A stretch of DNA of 64,000 nucleotides from Mobula hypostoma (lineage: Eukaryota), in contig NC_086097.1 in assembly GCF_963921235.1 (NCBI RefSeq), positions 61,196,001-61,260,000 on the forward strand, given 5' to 3'. The first letter of the stretch is position 1. Every line of letters starts with the position of its first letter. The position numbers and the translations under genes are program-made. Shown in pieces: positions 23,329 through 35,306 of the stretch. The notes under the pieces are model-generated. The model was not told the origin of the DNA. It saw nothing but the letters and a program-made list of their open reading frames with translations, and searched no databases.

Positions 23329-25526
23329 AGGAGCTTAAAACGCCAACAGAAGGAAACTAAAAAAGTCATTAAGAAGGTAAAGATGGAATACAAAGGTAAA
23401 CTAGCTAATAATATTAAAGAAAATGCCTGAAGTTTCTTCAGATACATAAATTGTAAGAGAGAGGTGAGAGTGGATATTAGATCACTGGAAAAAATGCTGG
23501 AGAGGTAGTTATGGGGGACAAAGAAATGGTGGATAAACTGAACAATTATTTTGCATCAGTGTTCACTGTGGAAGTCACTAGAAGTATGGTAGAAGCTTGA
23601 GGTGTCAGACAGCATGAAGTGTGTGAAGTTACCATAACTAGAGAGAAGGTTCTTGGTAAAATGAAAGTTCTGAAGTACCTAAGTCACCTAGACCAGATAG
23701 TGTATACCCCAGAGTGCAAGAGATAACTGAAAGATCGTGAAGGCATTAGTAATGATATTTCAAGAATCACTAGATTTTGGAATCGTTCTGGAAGAGTGGA
23801 AATTTGCAAATGTCACTCCACTCTTCAAAAATGGAGAGAGACAGAAAAAGGAAACTATAAGCCAGTTAATCTGACCTCAGTGATTGGAAAGATGTTAGAC
23901 TTGATTATTAAGGATGAAATCTCAGGGCTTTCTGGAGGCACTTGATAAAATAAGCCATAGTCAGGATGCTTTCCTGAAGGGAAAATTTTCCCTGCTAAAT
24001 CTGTTGGAATTCTTTGAAGAAATAACGGGCAGGATAGACAATGGGGAATCAGTTGAGGTTGTGTATTTGTTTTTTCAGAAGGCCTTTGACAAGGTGCTGC
24101 AGACTAGGCTGCTTCATAAGCTACAAACCCATGGTATTGAAGGAAATATTTTAGCATGAATAAACCAGTGGCTGTTTGGCAGGAGTGAAAGAATGGGAAT
24201 AAAGGGAGCCTTTTCTGGCTGGCTGCCGGTGACCAGTGGTGTTCCACAGGGGATTGTGTTGGGATTGATTCTTTTTGCATTATATGTCGCAGATTTGAAT
24301 GATGGAATTGATGGCTTTGTTGAAAATTTGCAGACGATATGATGATAGGTGGATGGGGCAAGAGAAGCTACAGATGGACTTAGACAGATTAGAAGAATGG
24401 TCAAAGAAATGGCGGGTGGAATACTGTGTTGGGAAGTGTATGGTCATGCATTTTGGTAGAATAAACAAAAGAGTTAACTAATTTTTAAATGGAGAGCAAA
24501 TACAAAAAAACGAGGTGCAAAGGGACTTGGAAGTCCTTGTGCAGGATTCCCTAAGGGTTAATTTGCAGGTTGAACTGTGGTGAGGAAGGCAAATGCAATG
24601 TTAGCATTCATTTCAAGAGGACTAGAATATAAAAAGTAAGGATGTAATGTTGAAACTATAAAGCACTGGTGAGACCTCAGTGGGAGTATTTTGTGCAGTT
24701 TTGAGGACTTTATCTTAGAAAGGATCTGTTGAAACTGGAGAAGATTCAAAGGAGATTCACAAAAATGATTGAAGGTTAAATGGCTTGTCATACAAAAAGC
24801 TTTTGATGGCTCTGGGTCTGTATTCACTAGAATTGAGAAGAATAATGGGTGACCTCATTGAAACCGATCAAATGGTGAAAGGCCTTGTTGGAGTGGATGT
24901 GGAGAGGATGTTTCCTATAGTGGAAGACTCTAAGACAGAAGACACAGCCTCAGAATAGAGGGGTGTCCTTCTAGAACAGGAATAAGGAGGATTTTCTTTC
25001 ACCAGAAAGTGGTGAATTTGTAGAATTGTTTACAACAGAAATGTGGAGACCAAGTCTTTATGTAATATAAGGCAGCAGTTGATAGATTCTTGATTGATCA
25101 GGGCACAAAGGGATATGGGGAGAAGACAGTAGACTGGGGCTGAGAGGAAACTTGGGTCAGCCACGATGATATGGTGGAGCAGACTTAATGGGCCAAATGG
25201 CCTAATTCTGCTCCCATATCTTATCGTCTTATAAAAGAAGTGAAATATATGGTTTCATGGTCTATCCAGAGGATGTCAACTGAAGGAGCATTGTACTTAG
25301 GCACCATCTTGAACTGGAATCTGCATAGGTATAAGAGTAGCCGCTTTTTCTGCTTGGCACCATCTACAGATGCTCTTTTCTTCGAGTAGTTAGACCCCCG
25401 TCACTGTTCTACTCGTTCTCTTTGTTCTATCAACTCTTAATAAAATGAGTGTGAAGAAACAGGTTTTATGTTCCATTCCTGTCAACTAAAAGAACCTTAG
25501 ATTTAAACAGCAGAATGGAAAAAAAT

Positions 25527-25547
25527 TGGCATAGTCGGCTGCAGGAT
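25527..25547 (+). promoter_or_regulatory. ERV primer-binding site, tRNA-Ser-like
   Basis: TGGCATAGTCGGCTGCAGGAT compared with the tRNA-Ser complement TGGCGTAGTCGGCAGGAT: one CpG transition and a small insertion. Confidence 0.7.
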
Positions 25548-26499
25548 CTTCTGACATTTAAAATTTGTTACACTTGAAGACAAAAGTGGGAATTTTCTGT
25601 GCCTAAACTAAAGGTGTATGAAGTTCTTCAATATGTTCTTCTACTGTCTGAGAGAAAAACTCATTCTGGCTTGTATATCATCAGACTGGAATCTGGGGAT
25701 TGAGGACTGCTGCATTGCTATTTAAAATAAAAAGCAGATCTATAAAAATAAACAGAACCTGGTAAAGTTATGTGCAAAATTGGGAGAGCACATACTAAAT
25801 ATGCAAGCTGGTAGAGAATTAAACATTAAATTTGTACAAGCAATAAATTTGTACAAGCATGGATAAAAAGATAGAAAATTTGCATGTGTCAATACAGTGC
25901 CTGAGAAAACTTAATACTTGTAAGTTAGCTGAGCATTTGGGGAAAAGAATTAATTTGTGTTGCAAGAGCACCTGTTAAGATTTCAACTGCAAACTAATAA
26001 CATTTCAAGATCATAGTCAAAGTAATAAAAAGTACACACAAATTAATATCAAATTAAGACAATGGTCAATATCATGAAAGTTACAAACTTACTAAGAACT
26101 TTTACCTGAATTAAACATCCCAGTTTGATAATGTTAATGAAAAATTCCAGACAAAAAACACTAACGATGTTAAGTTTATTAAGATCCAAGAAATGCCTGA
26201 GTTTGAGAAAATGGCTGCTAATGATTTGTAGATAAGACCACATGATCAGTTTGATTGGATGTGTGAGTGATTGAAAGAGCTAAAAGAATGAGTGAAGTCT
26301 TTTAGTAATTGAAAAAAAACACAATACTTACAATAAACTACAAAGTCAGAATGATAAAGACAATGGAAAGTCAAAAGATAAATCATTGTATCTGAATTCC
26401 AAAGAATTACAGGATGGGCATGACAAGGACAGTACTGGTAATAGACAATAAGTTTTCAATATGGATGGAAGCTCTTCCAGCAAAAATGTCTGCCTCACA

Positions 26500-27130
26500 C
26501 ACAGAGTTAAAACTCTGATCAAAGGTTATATTCCTAGATGGAGATTGCCCTGTCACATTGACTCTGACCAAGGAACACATTTCACTGGGAGTGATTGTCA
26601 GGAATTATGTTGACTGATGTACAGTGAATGGTCTTTTCATTGTTCACATCACTCAGTCATCAGGACAAGTTGAGTGATAGAATTGAACCATCAAACTTTG
26701 ATTGACTCAGTATCATAAAGAAGGGGTACCATAGCCTACAGCTCTTTCTATGTTCTTATGTAGCATATGAGCAACCCCAAACAGGAAAAGTAAACTAAAT
26801 CCATTCAAGGTGGTGTCACTGCCGGGAGCTCTCGATTTCAGCAAGGGTGGTATACAGTATGCATTATGGCAGATGGTTTAACTAACTATTGTGTGAATGA
26901 ACTCAGACAGTACAACCTACTTCTCAACAGGTTTTTGCCACTTGAAGAGATCCAGTAGAAGGAAGGCATACCTGATTCCCAGCAAGACGGTCCTGATTAA
27001 GAAACCACCTAAAGAACCACTAGGAGCTGGATCGGAATGTCCTTATGAAGTGTTGTTAATTACCAACTCGACGGTGAAGATAGAAGTCAGTGGATACACA
27101 CCAGCTAGTGCAAGCAAACTAAAGTGGTAT
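26500..27130 (+). pseudogene. pol: Retroviral integrase remnant
   Basis: IPRWRLPCHIDSDQGTHFTG, QSSGQVE, CPYEVLLITNSTVKIE (GPY-like), with stops and frameshifts. Confidence 0.8.
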
Positions 27131-27261
27131 CCGACAAGAACAAGAAGCAGTATGGTTAATGTGCTAGTAACCTCTTGACCCAGTGCCTACATTGCTAGAT
27201 TACAGTGAGCAAATCACTAATCAGCCAGGAGACTTCAAAAAGCTGACAACTACTGGATATC

Positions 27262-28010
27262 ATGAAGATTATTCCAATATTATTTGTAGTAATATTTTTG
27301 TCAATTTTCCCTACTCAGTTGAGGTGACTCATAATGTATATTTCTATTATGGATAATCAGAAATATTACAAATCAATAAAGCTCCTGCCAAGTAGTAAGA
27401 AATGGTCTGTTCATGGAACAATACATGTTCTATGTGTGGAAATTGAGCATATGCTTCTCTTCCATGTAACTGGTTAGGATCTTGTTGCTTCAGATATGCT
27501 TTACCTGACATGAGACAAACATACACTTTACCTTTACCTCCTGGGTCTTGGAGTAAATGAGACATTTCAGAATGAGATTATTTTGCATCAATTTTATTCC
27601 TATTTTGTGGTGCTGCAAGGAATATAAGTGAGATTAAAAATGTTGCTGCAGCATTAGAAAGGGAAAGCCTCCACACTGCCGAAACCTTGGGAAAAGTAAC
27701 ATCAGAAATGGTCACCATGTGTAAGATGGTTTGTCAAAATCAGATGGCATTAGATCTTCTCTTAGCAGTTAAGGGGGGAACATATGCATTTATATGCAAG
27801 GAGTGTTATACTTACATAGCTGATGAGTCTGATGATACAACTAATTTGGCTGATCATATTCATAAAGAAGCAGCTATAATACAATCACCTGATGATTGTG
27901 ATTTCTTTGATTGGATTCATTGGATCTTGGAACATCGTTTTACTCAATATGACGAGTCATTTTATTCATACTAATATGCCTGATCACAGTTTACATATTT
28001 TTACTTGTTT
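27262..28010 (+). pseudogene. env: Retroviral env remnant (signal peptide, SU C-terminus, TM)
   Basis: MKIIPILFVVIFLSIFP; CGN*AYASLPCNWLGSC; QNQMALDLLLAVKGGTYAFICKECYTYI (immunosuppressive domain plus decayed CX6CC). Confidence 0.8.
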
Positions 28011-30439
28011 AAAGACATTCATAAATTGAATAGTTCAAACTTATGTAAGCATGCCTACTAATCTGCCTAAGCATGACAAAAGCTTATGAATACTTTGAAG
28101 AATATATATACTCTTTGATATTTCACGACCTAAGTTGATTTTTGATAATTTTATATGCAACATAGATACTACAAGTTTTTCCACCTCTGAATTTTCCGAT
28201 GCAATTATTCTAAGTGTATGATTTAGAATCAAAGGAGGGATTGTTTTATCCAACTGTTTAATGTTAATTGTCATTTTGTTTGCAGATTAACAATCAAATA
28301 TTCACTTGCATTTTAAGTAGCCCTTATATGCATAACAGTTTTAATATGCTTCTAGTGGTTATACAAAGTATAAATCTGGAAGATTTGAGGTTCCTTTGTT
28401 CTTTCATTTAGAGGCTAACATTTACTCATTGGTTGACTCTAAGCTATGGAATTTTTCTTATCTCTGTGGTAATAAAGTAGCTGTTTCATGCTATGTGCCA
28501 TCTTTAGATCTTCTCTTCTTCAAGTAGTAAAACCCCCTCACTGTTCTATTCTTGTTCTGTTAACTCATAATAAACAATAGTGAAGCAACACATTTTAAGC
28601 TTTGTACCTCACTTCTAAAAGAAACTTGGATTTAAATACCAGAATCTGACAAACTGCTAAACAAGGTAAGAGCTCATAGTATTACAAGGAACTTACTAGC
28701 ATAGGCAGAAGATGGGCTGACTTGCAGAAGGATAACAGTTGGAATAAAGGGAGCCATTTCTGGTTGGCTGCTAGTGAGTACTGGTGTTTCCTCAGGGGTT
28801 GTTGTTGGATCTGCTGCTTCTCACATTCTATGTTAATGATCTGGATGATAGAATTCATAACTTTGTAGCCAAGGTTATGGATGATACAAAAATAGGTAGG
28901 GGGCAGGTAATATTGAGGAAGCAGAGAATCTGCAGAAGGACTTGGACAGATTAGGAGAATGGGCAAGGAAGTAGCATATTGAATACAGTTTAGGGAAGTG
29001 TATTGTCATGCACTTTAGTAGAAGCTATAAAGGCTATTTTCTTAATGGGGAATAGATTTAGAAATCTAATGTGTAAGGGAATTGAGAGTCCTGGTGCAAG
29101 TTGAGTCTGTAATAAAGAAGACAAATACAATGTTAGTGTTCATTTGAGAGGACTAGAATATGAAGGCAAGCATGTAATGCTGAGGTTTTATAATGCATTG
29201 GTCAGATGCATTCAGAGTATTGTGAGCTGATTTTGACCCCATATCTAAGAAAGGATGTGTTGACATTGATAAGGGTCCAGAGGAAGATCATAAGAATAAC
29301 CTCTAGAATGTAAGGGATAACATATAAGGAGCGTTTGATGGTTTAAGCCCCGTACTCACTGGAGCTTAGAAGTATGAGGGTGGATCTCATTGAAACCTAT
29401 CAAATATTGAAAGATCCAGATAGAGTGGACATGCAGAGGATGTTTTCAATGGTAGGAGAGTCTAAGACCAGAGATCACAGCCTTAGAATAGAGGGACTTT
29501 CCTTTAGAACAGAGCTGGGGAGGAATTTCTTTAGCTAGAGGGTGGTGAATCTGTGGAATTTGTTGCTAGACATCGGTAGAAGCCAAGTCACAAGGTATTT
29601 AAAGTGGAAGTTGATAGGTTTTTAATTAGTAAGTGCAACAACTGTTATGGGATAGGGCAGGAGGATGGGTTTGAGAGAAAAATAAATCATCTATGATCGA
29701 ATGGCAGAGGAGACTCAATGGGTTGAATGGCTTAATTCTGCTCCTTTGTATATGGTCTTGTGATCTTAACATGGATGGGTTTGTGTATGGAACCAGGATA
29801 TGGAGTGTTTGTATATTTCCAGCTGCCTGTAAACTCAATTGATTTTCTGAAATATGTTTACACCACTGTATGACACGTTTTAAAAGAAAAAAGTGCACTT
29901 TTGGGCTATTATTTTATGACAGATGAACTTCCAATCGTCTGTAAAGTCTGCCTGCCCTGCACTTCCTAATTTGAAGGATGATAGATTATCAGAGCCATAC
30001 AGCTCCTTCATCTCAGTCATTTTTCCTCTGCAAAATCAAGAAGGGTCAGTAGAGAGAATCATCCTGCTCTTGGGTCTTGCACAGCCTCATATTAGCTGAG
30101 GTAAATAGTGGGAAACCCTGGAAACTATGCATATTCCACTGCAATCCCCATCTAATGAAATAATTTTACTTCCAAACTATTTATTGCAGCTTAATTCTTT
30201 TATGCTAAAGGTTTCTGTGGAGAATCAATATGGCCTTGAATCACAAATATGATTTAGTAAATAAATATGGTATATAGTCTGCTCTTTTCAGAAGTAATGG
30301 CTCATACCTCTTCTAATGGAAAGCAGACAGAGCTGTTGTCTAGAAAAGTATCTCATTAATATAGGCTTCTTAAACAAAACTATTACACATATTACAAGTG
30401 AGTGATTTAATAGGAATTGCATTGCAAGAATACCATGTC

Positions 30440-31800
30440 TGTTAATTTGCTAACTGATGGAACATGCTGAACAAGCCATTTATGCAGGTCTTTGTGAAAG
30501 AGCTCGCTAAAATCAATGTAGACAATGTCCACTGGCTGTCCTCCATCAACTTTCCTGGTCACTTCTTTGAAAAACGCAGTAAGCTTGGTTAGACACGACA
30601 TACCACACACAAAGCCACATTGACTATCCCTTATCAGACCCAAGTTTTTTTTTAATTCTTTCCCTTATAGTACCTTCCAATAATTTCCCCACTACTGATT
30701 ATAGGCTTATTCGTAGAGCCTTTCCTGAACAACCAATCCTCCAATCCTCTGGAACCTCACCCACTGCTAAGGATATTTTAAATTTCTCTGTTAGGGCCCA
30801 TCCAGTTTCCGCACTAGCCTTCCACAAAGTCCAAGAGGACACCTTGTTATGCCCTGGTGACTTAAATACCCTAATTTACACTTACCTCATGACAGCAAGC
30901 ACCCCTCCTTCTGTTATCCAGATATGATCCATGACTACACTACTGTTTTCCCTCAGATCTGTAGACCCTGTAATAATCTACTGAGTAAACAAAAATACAA
31001 AAAAATATCCATTTATGGTCTCCCCATCTCTTTTGGCTTCCCAGAACCTCTTGACTGTTCCCTTAGCCAATTAATCCAATAGTACTACTGCTCTCCTCTT
31101 CTTCCTGCTTCCTCCCCCCACCCCACCACCATCCTTCCTTCCAAACCATACAGCCAGACTCATTGCCAGAGATCTGGTCATTGCATCCTTCCCTTGGTAG
31201 ATAATTTCACTCCCCACCCCCTTTGCCTAAGTGGTATACTTGTTATTGAGGGGACAGCCGCTGGGGTTCTCTGCACTATCTGCCTATTCTAATTCCATAC
31301 CCAAAAGCCACCTAGCTCATTCAACTTAGGCATGACTACCTCCCTGTGGCTCCTATTTATTACCTTGTCATTCTCCCGATAGATCCAAAGGCATCCAGCT
31401 CCAGCTCCAGTTCCATTTCCCTCACGTGGCCCATTTGTCAGAAGCCGCAGCTGGATGCAAATCTCACAGGTGTATTCCTCAGAGATAATGGAGGTTCTCT
31501 GCCTTCCTACATCCCACAGGACAAGCTCTCCGTTGTTCTTACTGTCCTTCCCAATGCACTAACTGTGCAATATGAAAGAAAGACAGAAACAAACAAACAA
31601 ACAAGAGAAACCTGACAGTAACCTGAGAACCTTAGGCTCTTGCTGAAACCTCTTGACCCAAAGATTCAGTTCCACACTCTAACCTGTCCCATTCTAGTTA
31701 TGGCTGCTCAGCTCGAACCAAATGATTATGTGCACTAGCCAAGTGCCTAATGACCCAGATGACCTTAAGCACTATTGAAAGTTCGGACAGGCCCCACTTG
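30440..31800 (-). mobile_element. Old, internally deleted CR1
   Basis: GLIRDSQCGFV..SCLTKL..VDIVYIDFS (30407-30643); ORF1-like ELELELDAF region near 31390. Confidence 0.7.
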
Positions 31801-31949
31801 CTTTTTAAAACTGACGCTTAAACTTCACAAGCAACTGTCTCCAACTTAAAAGAAATGATAATCCTGACACATCCTGTCAGCCTCACTGACCTTGTATCTT
31901 CTGCTTCATGTATCAAGCATTTTTAAGTTAATTGATAGAAGTCTTCTTT

Positions 31950-32365
31950 ACAATAATTGAGCCATGGCAGGTATATGGCATGGAAACAGGCCTTCAGCCC
32001 AACCACTTCTTGCCAGTGCACCCTCCTGAGTTCGTCTCATTTGCTTCCCCATTGTCCAAATCTCTCTTACACGTTGTAATTGTACCCACCTCTATCGTTT
32101 CACTTGCATCTTGTTCCACATACTCATTGCCCTCTGTGTGGAAAAACTTACAGTCTGTGTCCCCTTCTTACCTTTATCCTCTTATTTTAAATTGATTCCC
32201 TTTCGATTCAAAACCACTTATGTTGGAATACGGCTGTAACCATTCATCATTATCCATGCCCCTCGTGAATTTATAAATCTCTACAAGATCATCTTTCAAC
32301 TTCCTGTTCTCCAAAGGAAATAGTTCCAGACTTTCCAGTCACTCATAACTTAAGTCCCCTAGACC
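31950..32365 (-). mobile_element. Old CR1 3' fragment
   Basis: Degenerate FFHTEG/3'UTR pattern resembling the other CR1 3' ends in the window. Confidence 0.5.
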
Positions 32366-35306
32366 TGTCATAAAGTGCACTGCAGTTGCTTACTGAAGTC
32401 CATGACTTCAACCACCTACGTCAGCAGTTACAGGGGAGCACCAGCCGCCACAGGTTTTTCCGCTTCCTACTACACATAGGATAGGTGAATTGAAATCGCA
32501 TCACCAATTACTCTCAAGGTTATTAGGTTCTTCCTGGGTGTCTGAAAGTGCCATGGCTGCCTTGGACCTACTGTACCTTTAGATTTTGCACTATAGTGTG
32601 CAATCTCCATCCTTTCCTTTCTATATTGGACTGACGGTTCCCCATGTTCCTAATTAAGGCCTATATCACACTGGAATTTGACTTTGCTTTCTGAAGTGAA
32701 ATTATTTCAAGTTTCCAGCTTCCACAGAAACTCATTTACTTTATCACACAAACATAAACAAATTATCTAGCAAAACTGGATATCTTAGAATAAATTGTTC
32801 ATTTTCTTTTCACTCTGTTAATCTTTTTATATACTTTGGAGACAAGTTATGTTCCTCCAGCAGATTATGTGTTGTTTAATATACTTAAGATTGAGGTAAT
32901 TCTGTTGACACAGTCAAAAATTGATTTATCATCAAAAATAAGCAAACATAATCCATCAGCCATGACTAATTCAGCTTTATCTAATTGAAAATTACTTCTG
33001 AAGAAATTTATAGAGCCATTCTCTTTTAATTTTATTGACATCCACATGTCAATTTCTTTCTATTGAGTATGTCTATCGGTGAAATCTAGTTAACTTTATA
33101 ATCTTACGCAACATCTGCAAATGGATATAATTCAGTACATAAGAACAACAGAATATCAAAGCAGGAATTAGCTATAAGCCCCCTCAAGCCTCATCAATCG
33201 GCAAGGTCATGGGTGACCCTTTGGCTTGGGTCCATTTTGCTGCTGAATCCCTCTTTATCATGTTTCCTTGTCCAACTGTCTATGGGTTTCAGCCTTCAGT
33301 AAGCCAATGACTGAGGATCCACAGGCTCCGTAGCTGAAGAGTCCCAAAGACCCCTCAGCCGCTGTCAAGGGAAATTTCTCCGTTTCTCATTTTGAAATGG
33401 CTGACGCCTCTGAGACTCTCAGATGCCTTACTGAGATTAGCAAACCCTTGTCATGGTGATTTATGCAATCCAGAGTATGAAAATTTTGTGAGTGGAAATC
33501 GTTCTTGGGTGATGGTTAAATTACACTGGACACATTTTTTTTTTTTGGATATGTTGCTTCCTCAGAAATTTGTTGTAATTATGGTAAATCACTTGAAGCT
33601 GAATACAAATATACTTCCAGACTATTGTATCACATAGCGATTTGGAGAAACAAGAAATTAACTTTTATTGAATTATCATGCATAAAGGCCCTGACGCTTT
33701 GCAATTTTCAACTTAGCCAAAAATGTTTTGTTGATGATTTTCATTTGTACTCTGTGTGTGAGCCTTCTCACTTAAGTGTCCAACAATAATCAGCTAGCAT
33801 TTATGCATTCTAGTTGCCCTGATACCATTTCTCCATGACCGCACACTCCTGGTAAAACCTTTCACCGTGTTCATCACTGACAGAGCCACGTATTGCAAGG
33901 AGGAAGCCTAATAGGAAACAAATATAGACAATTTTTTAAACAAGTGCATGTTAGGGAAATTTTATGGCAATTTTCATGATCAGCAGTCCAAAATCCGTAA
34001 GATATACACAAAAGTATATACACTTTATTTGTCGCAATTGCTTAAAGGCAAAGACAGCAGATTTTTGAACTGCAAATATGGAAGTATGGAAACTGATTTA
34101 TTTCAAGGTGGCATTTAGGTGGATGAAATAGCAAAGCGAAGAAAATAACACTGGCACAAACACCTCTGCCTGTGTTTATTATCCCAAACTAGGAAATGAA
34201 GGTGAGCCCATTTTTGGGGAATGAAGCAATAAGGCTATTCAAAGGAGTTGGTAGTGGTTTATTATTATCATACGTACCGAGATACAGTGAAGAAACTTAG
34301 ATTTTCAAGCCATCAATACGGAACATTGCTAAAACATAAGTACTTAGAGGTAGTTCATATAATGCAGAACATGGATACAGTTACAGAAAACGTGAAAATG
34401 GCAGGCAGACAATAAAGTGTAAGGGCTATGATGAGATAGATTGTGAGGTCAAGAGTTCACCTTTACCATTCAATAGCCTTTAGTGCACTGTTTTGCCTAT
34501 TTTCACTGGGCATCGGTGTACTTTCAGCAAATTGTCAGGAGATCCTCTGTGCCATTCCACTTACTCCTTCTCCATTTTAATTGGTCACAGGCCAAGAATT
34601 TCTATAGGTTCTTGAAGAATTTTTCTATGCCTCTGTTGCCTTTATGGAGCTCAAATTAAAGTACAAATTTCAGGTACCTGACCTCTGGCTTACAAGGCAG
34701 TTTACCCATGAGAGCTGGCTGAGTTTAACTAGAAACTTGGTGCCAGAGCCGGTGGCCAAGGAAAGCCGGCTGGCGTTGGCCTGGGAGTTGACACTGAATC
34801 TGAGTGTGTGGTGGTCCTAGCTTGGGAGAAGGCACAGGTGTTGGTTCACTTGGGGAAGTAGGACAAGTGTCATTTGCAGATCCATCTTCTGGTTATGTTC
34901 TGTGATGGAGATTCACTTCATTATTTTTTGCTAAGCTTGCTTTCTAAATAGCAGCTGCCATTTAAAAGGTCACAAGCAGATGTAAGTAAACATCCGACTA
35001 ACAGCTTCTCCAGTTTCTGGCCATAAATGGAAGTCAGACTTCAGTTCTTAAAATAGAAATAAAAAATAGCAATCGGTTTGAAGTTAAAAAACACACTTTG
35101 CAAACAAGCTCTGCATTTTACAGATGCTCTGACTGTGTAGAAGCAGATGTTAGTTGCTGCACTGGCTTTATCACTGCTGGAAGTAGAGTATTTGACAACA
35201 GGTTGTTCATTTTGAGTTGTTTCAAACAGGCAAGCTGACTCAAGGAAACTTGTCAGTGGTGTTTGTAGTTGAAAGGCATTATTTGCGCAAAGAAGTTAGC
35301 TTTACA

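Larger units (their letters stand above)
12400..25231 (+). mobile_element. Near full-length degenerate CR1 LINE (12400-14762 + 23337-25231), interrupted by PLE and L1
   Basis: ORF1 CRKC finger/zipper and SGNH esterase (VVIGDSLIRGTDRRFC ~13030); endonuclease LYLNVRSI; RT motifs 23800-24460; CR1 3' end at ~25190-25231. Confidence 0.85.
10431..28651 (+). mobile_element. Decayed endogenous retrovirus (class I, gamma/epsilon-type env) with split 5' LTR
   Basis: 10431-~10655 and ~25232-25522 match the left and right parts of the 3' LTR (28242-28651). tRNA-Ser-like PBS 25527-25547; PPT AAAGGAGGGA 28231-28240; integrase and env remnants. Confidence 0.8.
10316..29768 (+). mobile_element. Old CR1 fragment (10316-10430 + 28652-29768) split by the ERV
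   Basis: The left piece encodes NLLEFFEEITG..VYLDFQK and stops at AGGCT. The right piece resumes LLNKVRAH and runs to a CR1 3' end. Confidence 0.7.
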
